From NCBI GenBank assembly GCA_964247055.1, contig OZ176053.1, forward strand, positions 5,270,001 through 5,334,000: a stretch of 64,000 nucleotides of DNA, in the 5' to 3' direction. Numbering within the stretch: position 1 is the stretch's first letter; every line of letters begins with the position of its first letter. Shown piece by piece: positions 39,701-51,284 of this stretch. A program made the translations under genes and the position numbers. Under the pieces are notes generated by a model that did no database searches, had not been told where the DNA came from, and saw only the letters and a list, made by a program, of their open reading frames with translations. This DNA is from Paragordius varius. Lineage: Eukaryota; Animalia; Nematomorpha.

Positions 39701-42700
39701 AAAGCACCATTTTATCCATCCTAATTTTTATATAATTTTTATTTTTTTTTTTATGCTGAGGACGGACACACGTTAAAATGTCCGAAACCGTTCGAATTTT
39801 ATTTATTCTATGATACGTTTTAAATAAATTTCCATATTTTTACACTATAATAAATATTAAAATAAGATTGAGGTGATTTATCTTTGAAACATAGGAATTT
39901 CTAGGTAAACTAAAGCCATTAAAGATCTGATAAATCTAACCTTCAAGATTAACATTGCTATTTATCTAAATATTACCATAAGCAAAATCAAAATCAAATA
40001 ATGTTTTCTAAATTTATCATAAAAATCGCTTTAAATTCGTATAAGATTATAAAAAACCTTTTTCTTTGGCATTCATTTGATCTAATAAATGTTTTTTAGT
40101 ATGTCCCTTCCTATGGTGTTTATAATGAGTTGTGGCGCCCGACAAAAAACATGTCCCACGCGAAACAGAATCTTGAAGGCCTTTAAAATTTGCAGCAAAA
40201 GCTTCCCATCTAGCTCGTTTTCGCGGGTCCGATTCAAAGGGTCGGAACAATGGCTCTATATTTAGTTTTTTTTGTTAAATTTTATAAAATAGCAATTGTT
40301 TTTATCTATAAAATAGGCATGGATATATTATTACTACTGTTGGGTATTAAATTTTTTAAACAAATAGATAAATTACCTTTTATTTATAAAAGGTAATTGA
40401 AATCCTAGTAAAACAATAGTATTGTAGATTTAAGAAACATCATATAAATGGCCATTAAAACTTAAAGCGTCGCACTAAAACTCAAAATCCGTAATAAATT
40501 ATTCAAAAATTTAATAAGATTTGATTCGCAAACTAGCCTAAAATTATCTTTATGATGCAATATGAATAACTTTATTTTACTTGAAGGCAACTTTTGATCA
40601 ATGTGTGAGATTGTGGGAACTTTTTCATTTAAAAATAAATGGGTTTTATAGGGTTGTGCAGTTGAATGGTCAGGTGGTTGTTGGGTAGAATCTTTGTTTA
40701 AATTTGATTCGTCAGACCTGTTCAATATTTTATGTTAGGTTAAATTATAAACATATGACAATACTTTATATAATTTATATTTCAGGATTGAGAAAAAATG
40801 TATAAATAAAACACATACAATAAAGTAGCTTTGTCTGGTTGTGATTTGGAAGTCCAAATATTGGATATATCCTATACGTATGAATAAGCAATTTTATCGT
40901 CGTAAAAGATTAAAATACTAGGTAAAATATATTTTAAAATAATTTATATATTTTATAAAATATATTTTATATAAAAATGGAGACAACTTAAAATATTCTA
41001 ATATATATTATACTCTGAGTGATATTCGTAGGCCGAGACGCATTAAAAATTTATCAAGCAAAAAGTTATGTTTTTGTTTAGAGGATATAGACGATAATTG
41101 ATTATTTTGATTAGTGTTTGCCGGATTATTTGAGGGATTAGTGGATGAGAAAGGCATAGAGCTTCGAACAAAATTAAGGCTAAAATCGGTTAAAATATCG
41201 TACGTTTTTCGATCTAACAAAAAACGTTAATTTTTTAAATATTACGAGATTGAATATTTTATATAATAATAATGAATTCTCGTAAATCATTTTAAATTAT
41301 AGTAAAATTCAACCAATGAAATGAAATAAAAGAAATAAATAATATTGATGAAATTTAAAATTATTAAATATAATAAATCTTTTGTTGTTATAAAAAATAA
41401 TGGATGTAAATAGACCCTTCTCATAAAGGAAGAGAGACATAACTCATTATCTGTTCACTCCCTTTTAATAAAGGTTTTTAAATTAATATTCCATTTAAAT
41501 AAAATATTTGATATTAAACTGTAAATGTAAAAAATTCCATATATTAAATTTGTTTTTGGCTCATTTTAGAGGTAATCATGCAAACTAGTTAGGTGATCTC
41601 AACTTTGAACGGTTATAATGAAAACACTCGTAAAAATGTATGGCAATCAGCTAAATAGGTTTATATGGCTATTTCAAAATAGGTCATTTTGTAAAAAATC
41701 AAAATAAGCCAAAAAATACCAGTTTTCTTATCGCCCCTATCACGATGAGAGTTGGTTTGATTAGTATCTTTTTTAGCAGCGGGTTCATCTTTAAACAACG
41801 GAATATCATATTTAAGGAGATTGGGATTATTTTCAGATGTGGCTAATTTATCATTTGTTAGAGAGGATTGGTTCAATATGGGTTCATCAAAAATTTCAAT
41901 CTCCTCATCGCTATCAAAGGCGCCATAACCAAATGCCTACACATTTAAAGTTTTTTACATTTATAATGGATATAAAAAATTCCTTTATAATTATATATCG
42001 AAAGATATAAACTGTATAATAAGGAGACAAGAATTGACGTTTTAACAAAAAATATGTGGAATGGAGGAATTCGAATATGAAAAAAAATGTCTTTTTAATT
42101 TTTTTAGATAATTAATATACAGAATTTTAACTAAAATGTAAATAAATATTCATTGGGTATTACTTGACCAATAATGCCTTTTTTACGTTTTTTAGCAAGA
42201 GTTTCACGAAACGTACTCCCCAAAGCTTCAGCAAAAGAGGATAACCCTTCAGTACCTTGTGATTTTACATTCGTAGATGGGGCCAATATTTCTGATTTAT
42301 CCTAATAATTGGGTGTAATAAATTTCGAAAATCAATAAAAAGAGTCAAAAAATTTACATTTTTATGCTCAAATGATAAATTGTTTATATTAATTAAACCT
42401 CTTTTTGATCTAGGGAACCCGTTGATGTATACCCTAATCCGGTCGATCCGTCGAAACCTGATTTATGTACTAAGGAAAAGGGCTCTACATCAGGGGGTAA
42501 ATATTCATATTTTTTCTCCTCGGTTTTCTGGGGAAAAAATTAATATACAGTTAAAATATTAAAAAGAGTATAAAAATAATAAGTAATGGACCAAATTTAT
42601 ATATTTTTTAAATATACAATTTAATTGAAAATGCAGCTGTATTATTAATATATCAGAAATTTTCAATAATTTTTCCTAATAAGGTCATGTAAGTAATATT

Positions 42701-44729
42701 TTAATCAAATAATTTAAATAACTGTGGTCATAAAACCAGGGAAATTAGATGAAAAGGACATCAATATAAAGATAATGCTAATAAAATATTATATTACAAT
42801 CAATTATCTAAAAACATAGATAAATAAACCACATCTTATAAAAATTTTGCCCAAAGCATAATTCATCCATCAAAAGTAGCCAATAATATTTTCTACAAAG
42901 CGGGATTAAATATTCAGTTTTAAACTAAATGATAAATTACCATTTTAGCACGCAAAAATTCGGGAGGCATTGCACATCCATACACCTTCTTATCCACGGT
43001 GGAGTCAAGAGATTTTGGCGCGTCAAACACAATTTCTTCCACAAGATCATTATTGGATTGGCTTTTTTGAGGGGAATAAATTACTTTTTCAGCATTTTGC
43101 TGAAAGTTTGTTTCGACATTTTTATCAATGGCAATATCTTTATGAGAGTCATTAATTGCGGATAAATCATCGGTACACGTTAAAGCACCATGAACTGTTA
43201 CATTACGTTTTCGGGTTAATAGTTTTGGCCCAACACCACGGCCTTCACGTCCACCCAAACACTTGAAAATTGAAAGGCCCATTGTGAGACTATATAAAAG
43301 AAAAATGGACAATTTAACGACTTTTATTAACACGATAAAGCATGAATTAAAACCGAAACTCTATTTGCAAAACAAGGTATAAACCAAAAATAAATAAAAT
43401 ATTTTGTTTTTAAAATTTAAATAAAAGTAGGGTTAAATAAAATTTTGAAAAGTGTATATTTCTGGCTACGATATCTGCAAATTCAAAAAACGAAACCAAT
43501 AAACCATTTTTTGTCAAAAGAATTCTTTAGCTGTAATCATTTCGTTAGGAACTTTTTTTAAAAATAAATTTGTGGAAATCAGTTTTGGTTCCAATCCCTG
43601 CAATCGATGTAATTTACAATTAAATAGCATATACTATAAAACTATGATAAAAATATACTCATTGTTGCATTGAAACAAGGACAGTATTTGATTATTGGTA
43701 TCATCAACCTCACCTTTGACTGTAAAGTTTGGTTTAAGCGTGGCTTTTTTAGTAACTTCAACCTGTTTAGGTGCAATACCAAACTCCTCAAAATCCTAAG
43801 AATGCAAATAAATTGTCAATAAGAAAGATATATATAAAATTATATCTAAAATCAAAAATAAACCTCATCATCCATGTAATCTTCAGCTTTTGGGGCATTG
43901 GCGCTTGATTGTTTTTCAGTGCGGGAGGATCGAAATGTGGCAGGTTTCCATCCTAATAAAGGTTCATAACAGTTTAATCAACATAAGAATATGATTTTTA
44001 TAAAATATAAACATGTAATTGATTTAAAAAAGTTGGGTTTGCTGAATGTGAAATTGTATTTAATTTTAATATTAGGCATGTTCACATTTCGCTTCTTTTA
44101 TTGTAAAAAAGTCACCAATAAGACTGAAAAAGGAAAAAATAAAAGTATCAAAAATATGTTTTATTAACACAAAATGACAAAGATATTGTAGCATCGATAA
44201 ATTCAAAGCAAAATAATTAATTCATTACTAAAAAATAAAATCTTATAAAAAAGTTAGATATATTACTATTTATTATATTTGGTAACTATAATATATTTTA
44301 ACTGTTTTGGAATCTTATTATAATTGTGAGTTAAAATTTATAATAATTTGATAAAAAATTATTAAACTATATTTACATATTTAAACCCAAAATATTAATA
44401 ATTTTTGTTTTTCAATTATTAAAAACGTATATAAAATATGTTTCTAAAATGAATTTAAATAATGTTCTTAGTTATCAATTTACCTTCCTTAGTTCCCACA
44501 GTATTAAAAAAGCCAGCCGAAAATCCGCCTGTAAAAGCTCCGTGAAACCTTCGTCTACCTTGAGCATCTCGGGCTATCTGGTCTTCAACATGAACAGCCT
44601 TTTTATAGATTAAACCTCCACCTTTTAAATTTTCATCAGAGGGTAAATCTTAATTATAATGAAAAATCAACCTTCCTCACCCAACAAAGCCGTTCCAAAC
44701 ATAATATGCCTTTGCAATTTATTGGACAT
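33493..44729 (-). CDS. GPATCH1: G-patch domain-containing protein 1 (multi-exon, roughly 17-20 exons; some 3' exons unresolved)
   Basis: Diagnostic N-terminal block [43 protein letters not shown]...[18 protein letters not shown]; G-patch-like [19 protein letters not shown]; KVYGCAMPP; [17 protein letters not shown]; [14 protein letters not shown]; [13 protein letters not shown]; [20 protein letters not shown]; [11 protein letters not shown]; basic tail [12 protein letters not shown]-stop at 33493. Confidence 0.93.
33672..33707. repeat. (TA)n microsatellite
   Basis: Run of atatat... in the last GPATCH1 intron; a similar run occurs at ~20043-20070. Confidence 0.9.
37090..37375. mobile_element. 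Foldback-like MITE, family B (short arms), in a GPATCH1 intron
   Basis: Termini TATACCATTTAC / GTAAATGGTATA; aaattcaccc-type 21-mers; core matches 48823-49222. Confidence 0.8.
38170..39842 (+). mobile_element. 5'-truncated Penelope-like retroelement with inverted pseudo-LTR, in a GPATCH1 intron (ORF 38572-39507: RT C-terminus + GIY-YIG)
   Basis: Uninterrupted 311-aa ORF with RYVDD, LPFLDV, LPY and [17 protein letters not shown]. Arm ~38202-38543 is a near-perfect reverse complement of ~39508-39845. A 13-bp direct repeat cactataataaat flanks it at 38157-38169 and 39843-39855 (TSD). Confidence 0.93.
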
Positions 44730-45329
44730 GCTGTAAAGGTATGTGTTATAATTCAAGCATGCATTTCATATGTCGGTTTGAAAATTATTATCTTTGAAAA
44801 TGTATATTAGTAATTAATTTAATCAAGTTTTTTAAAAAAATAGTTAAGACTTGAAGGCATAATTATATAACTCATATTCAAATACAAAAGATTTTGGACA
44901 AAAGATGTGAGTTTATTGATAAGGAACGAAAGCGTTTATATTTTTTTAGGAATAGATATATATAATTATTAACACTAATCTTGTAGTTCAAGAGGGATTT
45001 TAAATTTCAATTATCTTGATAATACAAAGTTATTTTTCCAAATTTATGTTTCTCTTTTTCGGCTCATATAAATTTTAAAACTGTAAAAATTCTCATCCCA
45101 ACCTTTCCACCCCTTTTTTGGATTTATAACACTCCATTACTTTTTAGGGTCTTATCTCCCAGAGCAAGGCAAATTTAAAAAGGCCTTTTTTAGTCTTTTA
45201 TGCGCATTATAAAAAATTGTTATATAATGTAAAATTCTAAAAAATCCCCATCTCAAACTTTTTGCCAGCATTTTTTTGTAATTTTTTAAATCGCTGATTC
45301 AGATACATAAATGTATATAGTTAAGTATA

Positions 45330-45617
45330 TAATTAACTTGAAAAACCTTTCAAGCTTTATTTAACCAGCAAAAACTTGATATATTTTATATAATATCAGC
45401 TGTTGTTTCAATCGTGCTTTCTATCTGTCCCAATTTTACTAGAAGTCTCACAACTGTAAAAATATAAGTTTTTTAACATATGAGAACTATGTTTGATAAA
45501 TGATTTTAAATACAAAATCTTTCAAAACTTTACTTTATTCAAAATTGAGCTCTGGGATATCAAATACCCCAAAAAGTAAACTAGGACCAAAAGGTCAAAC
45601 GTAATGAAGTGTTTAAT
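45330..45617. repeat. Inverted copy of TTAA-flanked MITE family A2
   Basis: atcagctgttgtttcaatcgt...ctagaagtc...gagctctgggata...aagtaaactaggac...gtaatgaagtg matches the reverse complement of 24179-24526. Confidence 0.6.
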
Positions 45618-47189
45618 AGCTATTACAGCCAAAAAATGAATATACTTTATATATAAAATTAACTTAAGAAAGCATTCAAAATCCATATTTATAAGCAAAT
45701 AGTAAATATATCGATTTGGAATCTGGTTTTTATCTTTCGGACCTATAAAATAACATTATATAAGCTTTTTGGGAGAATAATGTTTGATAAATAATTTTAA
45801 ACCAAACCAACTCTCAAAACAGTAGTTTATTTACAACTTAATCTCTGATATAAAACTATCCCAATCGTTTGCAAAAAATGAAAATAATGGAGTTTAATTT
45901 AATGATAATGATGTTATGGCAGCCCTATTGATTCGACGAATAATATTAAAAATTTACTTAGAACCTGCATAATCATTTCACATGCCTAATAATTCTAAGA
46001 TTTTATTTATAATTAATCTAAAGAAATTTGAATATTATCAGCAAAAATATGTAAATTACATATTAAAAGATGTTAATATGTATATATTAATCCATTTTTT
46101 TCTTGAGAAATATTTGATTTGACAAAAAAAAGCATCAGGGTTTTCATGGTGCTTTTGCTTTTGGGATATTTGGGTCTGAGATAGAAATATCGAATTTTAT
46201 GGTAATTACTCAAAATAAAATATTAAGCGCCAATTTTGTTATAAATAATAAATATTTTTATTAAAAGTCAAATGCTTCAAATTTAATTGTGTATATGTCA
46301 AAATTACATTAGAAGCGGGACAATGCAACAATGATCTTTAATAATTTCAAATTTTTTATATCCCTCATAATTAGCTTTTTCATTATAAAAAATGCAAAAC
46401 GAGATCCTAATAAACATTTTTAAAGACATGCTCGAATATTACACAGAAATAGATTGTAAATGAAAAGAATACGTTTACTGATAAAATCGATTTTGGTAAA
46501 ACACCATTTGAGTTTTCCTGAAGTAAAAATAGTATGTTAATTTATTGTCACTTGCGATGCCATTTAGTTTTAATCATTTAAGAAATTTGAAAGCCTTTTA
46601 TATACATGATATGACTAATATTTTTACCATCATGTTAGTAATAAATTGTCTGTATATTATGGATATATAATTAGTTTTAGAATTGATGCATTTCTTGAAA
46701 ACCATACCTTATTATCCCGTGTCATTAAAGAATTGAGGATTATAATAGCCCGGTATAGAGCCAAAATATGGCATACTATCTGGCTAGATTATTTTTCAAT
46801 TATATATTGAATTCAAAGGTTTTGACGGGCTACCCCTAAAAATGTATTATGGCAAATTAAAAGAGTAGAAAAACCTAAAATTATAAAGTGAATTACAAAA
46901 GCAAGTAAACATATGTCTTGCCTTAAAGTGGCCTTTGGTTAAAAATATAGGCGTTTAATCTATCAGAGTTTAGGTATTAGTCTCAGAATACAAGATTAGT
47001 GCACCAATACAAACAAATTTATTGATAATGTCATGAAAAACATTAGTTTTTCTTTTGTTATAAAAATAATAATATAATCTTCATAATTATAGATATTTGT
47101 ACTTAAAGATCCACAAAAATTTTCGAAATTAATTTATAACATAAATTTGCGCACAATTAACTGAATAAATTGTATTAGTTTCATTACAA

Positions 47190-48290
47190 TCATTTATTTT
47201 TCTGTTTTTGAATAGTTTCAACATCGTCCGGATTGGCAGGAATCCAAATTTCGTTTCTTAAATTTTTTGTGTCTCCAGGTCTAAAATACATTAATTTTAT
47301 TGTAAATTATTTTTTTTAAAAAATCACATGATGCAAACAGTTTAAAAAAACACTTATTTTGGCATATGGTGACAGGTAAAATCAATAAACATGCAATTAT
47401 AAAAACATGTTAACGATTTAAAATTCAATTTCCTTGTGTTTATAAGAAATATATATTATTACAAAATTATTTTAGTTATAATTAACCTATTGTATCCAGC
47501 TGTGAAATATGAATTAGTCTCAATATCAACACCAAATTTTTGTTTAATCTGCTCCTTTATATGATTGAATTGATCAATCGAATTATACGGTTCAGGGACT
47601 GCCCCTGGATAACGGTAAACATAAAAGAATTGTTTCGGCATATGATGGAATTGGACCTATCGTACAACATACATATTTTGCAACATGAAATATTTAGTTA
47701 CCATAAAAATAATAAAACATTTTTGTAAATTAAAATATTGAATATTTATTCCGACATCAAAGTTTATTAATTAATAAATGATTATATCGCATACGCCTTG
47801 CTTCAATTAATAAATAACTTGCATTCAAATGATCAACGTTAGGATTTTCCTCGTTTTTCATGTAAAAATACAAGCTTAGTAATCCATTTTCTGGGGGTTC
47901 TTTGATCAAAACGGGTACCGTCATATCAATATTTGTTGCTATAATTTTTTATACATATATTTATTATCTCCTCCGTTGTACAATATTATAAAAGTTTTTA
48001 TTAATACTGTTTATATTTACAATTGCAGTAAAAAATTTGTTTGATAAAAATACTCGTGATATATTGAAATAACTCCATGAAAGCCTTGTTGACAGCTATT
48101 TCTTTAATGCTGGCATCGGCTGTAGAATAGGCCCAAGTTGTCGGTTCATAATCTCGAATTTCAAATTCATCGCACTTGAAGACAACATTGTAAATTGGAG
48201 TTTGATATTGTTTATGCTCGTCAAATCTTAATTTTATTGTATCAAAATATTTTATGTTTTGGAATAGGATAGAAGTGTTCTCTGTATTAG
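47190..48290 (-). CDS. SOUL/heme-binding protein (HEBP2-like); 5' exon(s) unresolved
   Basis: Four exons give QTPIYNVVFKCDEFEIRDYEPTTWAYS...NKAFMELFQYIT, IDMTVPV...LSLYFYM, MPKQFFYVYRYPG...YFTAGYN and PGDTKNLRNEIWIP-stop. These match the order of SOUL-family motifs (YEIRxY, GFxxLxxYI, IxMTxPV, YxxPxxxxxRxNEVW). Confidence 0.8.
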
Positions 48291-48822
48291 AGCCTTATTA
48301 ATTGATAAGATTGCCTATTTATTATATAATCATAGCCATCGAGAAGAATGAATATAGAGCCCCCCATGATAATTATGTAAGCTTTTCAAAAAGATGCTTA
48401 AAAATAGTTCATCTTATGTTCAATCCATTATAAAGAAGGTTTAATTACATATTCAATAAGAGTTCGAAGTTGCGTCACATAATATTTAGGTAATTTAATG
48501 GCATCAAACATCAAAAAAGCATATAATACATATAAAATTGGTTAAACATCACAAATAATTTTAAAATTAGAAATGAGCCCTTTTCAAGTCATTTTGAAAG
48601 GGGGTCTAATTATGGATTTTATAAAAACATACCCTGATCCGAATTGTTGATTCTGGTTAATGTTTATGGCCATTGTGAAATGTAAAAACTGAAGTTGTAT
48701 GTTTTGAAAAAAATACGAAATTGTTTACAAAAATATTTTGTTGATGTCTAAAAGAGTATATGTAATATTTGTGTTGACCAAGGTCGTATACGGTTTATGA
48801 TTAGCTACAACCAATAATTATA

Positions 48823-49222
48823 TATACCATTTACAGTTCAAATTCACCCTTAAACAATTCAAATTCACCCTTAAACAATTCAAATTCACCCTTGAACAAT
48901 TCAAATTCACCCTCGAACAATTCAAATTCACCCTCAAATAAATAACATGTTTTTTAAGATTAAAAATTACCTATATTTTAATATTTTTTTAAAAAATAAA
49001 ATTTGGTTTTATATTAAAATAATACTGAATAAAATAATTAATTATGCCACAAAGATATATTTTATATTAATAATGAGTTATATTTGTTCGAAAACACATA
49101 ATTTATTTTTAGGGTGAATTTGAATTGTTCGAGGGTGAATTTGAATTGTTCAAGGGTGAATTTGAATTGTTCAAGGGTGAATTTGAATTGTTTAAGGGTG
49201 AATTTGAACTGTAAATGGTATA
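48823..49222. mobile_element. Foldback-like MITE, family B (21-mers ttgaacaattcaaattcaccc)
   Basis: Termini TATACCATTTACAGTTCAAATTCACCC / GGGTGAATTTGAACTGTAAATGGTATA; four to five 21-mers per arm. Confidence 0.9.
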
Positions 49223-50483
49223 AAAAGCACTTAATTATTTTAAAAAGCTCATTGTAAATGTTTTATGGATAGGTGTACTCTTTCAAAGTGTCCTTGGTGT
49301 ACAAGTTTTTTCCATTATTTATTACTATGAGTCCAAATATTTTTAAGATATTTCCGTATATTATTCATAATAATTGATTGCTTTTAACAGTCGATATTGA
49401 TTAATAGACTTGCTTCATTAGTATATTATATTTATATTGTTTAAAAATAAATATTATGTTACTTTTCCAAAAAGCAATTAACATCCAAGAATGGGAACCT
49501 GGACAATAATTTATGAAAAATAATCTATAATCAATATCAATCCTGGCAAAGGCAGGCGGCACCACATTCCCTCTCAGGATTTTTTTACATAAATTATTTA
49601 ATGAAAAAACCTAACTTTGATCATTGCGATACAGCAAGTGCACAAATTTAAAAATAAACCGTTACCTCTCAATAGTGCTGCCGTAATATAAAAGATACCA
49701 ATTACTAATTTTTTTCGTAAATACTTACCCTTTTTATGCATAATACACTTAAATATATAAGGCAATCAGTTCTCGGTATACAAATCTGTCTGGAAGACTC
49801 ATTAAAAGTTAATATAAATATATCTAACCTGCTTTCTTCAAACATACAAATGCATTCATCATGTATAAATTTATTTATTTGTGTGCATATTTAAAATAGC
49901 ATAACTTTGTAGATTGTATTTTTTAGTGTTAAAAGGGAATGGAAAATAAGTTATATTTTATTGGTCCATAATTACTTTGATTTTAGATGCTACCTCGATT
50001 TTATAATGACTTAATAGTTAAAACCAATTGAAAGGAAACAAAACCTTTTTAAGTACCAAAAACGGTCCTAAATACGGTGGAATTTTATTTTTTTATAAAT
50101 ATCTAGATTTATTAAGAAATGTAATTCACAAATTTTGTTGCTATTAAATCTTTATATTTGTTGTTAAAAAAATTTTGGTAAATTTTAAAAAAAGTAAAAA
50201 CCATTAGACCCAAAAACTAAAATCAGACCCGAAACAAAATATTTGTTGGCAAAAAATACTTTGGCCCGAAATAATTTGTTCTGAACGGTTTTTTAAAAAC
50301 TGGGGAAACGGGATCCAGAGATGATGAATTTCGGAACCAAAACCGGTTTCTGTTCCGATTACACATGCTATCGCAATGATTTAAACAATTTCTTAAAAAA
50401 ATTGTTACTACATAAAAATAATTTTGATTAAAGTTTTAATTAAATGAAAGTTTATTTATAACTATCAATAAAACAATGCAATG

Positions 50484-50510
<27 letters not shown>

Positions 50511-50516
<6 letters not shown>

Positions 50517-51120
50517 ATTTGCGCTTCAAGAGTATCCTTGAACACTTCAAGTTGGTCCTTGAACACTTTAAGTTGGTCCTTTGACTTTTTGTTTTGTTTT
50601 TAACTTTTATCAATCAAATCGTAAATAATTCATCTATTTAATTATAACCTATTTTCTACTATTTAACATAAACTTTAAATCGATATCAACTTTAAATCTT
50701 TGAGAAACCGTATATCTTTATTAATATCTTAAAATAATTTTGGATATTTATAAGATTTTGACACGAAATGAAAAAATATATAAGTTTTCTGGGTAATTAA
50801 TTAAATTTTTCATTAAAAACATTTAAAAGTCAATAATTTTGTTCAATTGAAAAAAAATAGTTTGTAACAAAAAAGTGGTTTTTCAATAAAATTTTTATTT
50901 TTAAATGAATAAATATATAAATTAGGTTAATAAATAATAAAATAAAAAAATAAATGCAAATATTATAGTTAAATCAAAAATTATGAATTTTAAGGACCAA
51001 CTTGAATTGTTCAAGGACCAACTTGAATTGTTCAAGGACCAACTTGAACTGTTCAAGGACCAACTTGTTCAAGAACCAACTTGAAGTGTTCAAGGACACT
51101 CTTGAAGTGCAAATGATATA
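50511..51120. mobile_element. Foldback-like element, family C, second copy, inserted in a (TA)n microsatellite
   Basis: tataccatttgcgcttcaagagtatcc ... ggacactcttgaagtgcaaatgatata; (TA)n on both flanks (~50487-50514 and ~51117-51138); fewer 21-mers than 23316-24082. Confidence 0.88.
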
Positions 51121-51284
51121 TATATATATATATATATATGATTTCAACCTTAGTATTCTACAAACTCCAATTTGATTGAGATTTTTATTTATCTACATTC
51201 ATTACTGAAAATAGATCACAATTCACTTGAGTAATTAAGTATCTAATTATTTTCTATCAAAAAAGAAAAATGCACATAGAAAAA

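Noticed and set aside
38345-39702. Twin ORFs with poly-Phe at 38345-38527 and 39514-39702
   Set aside because: They are translations of the poly(T)-containing inverted pseudo-LTR arms.
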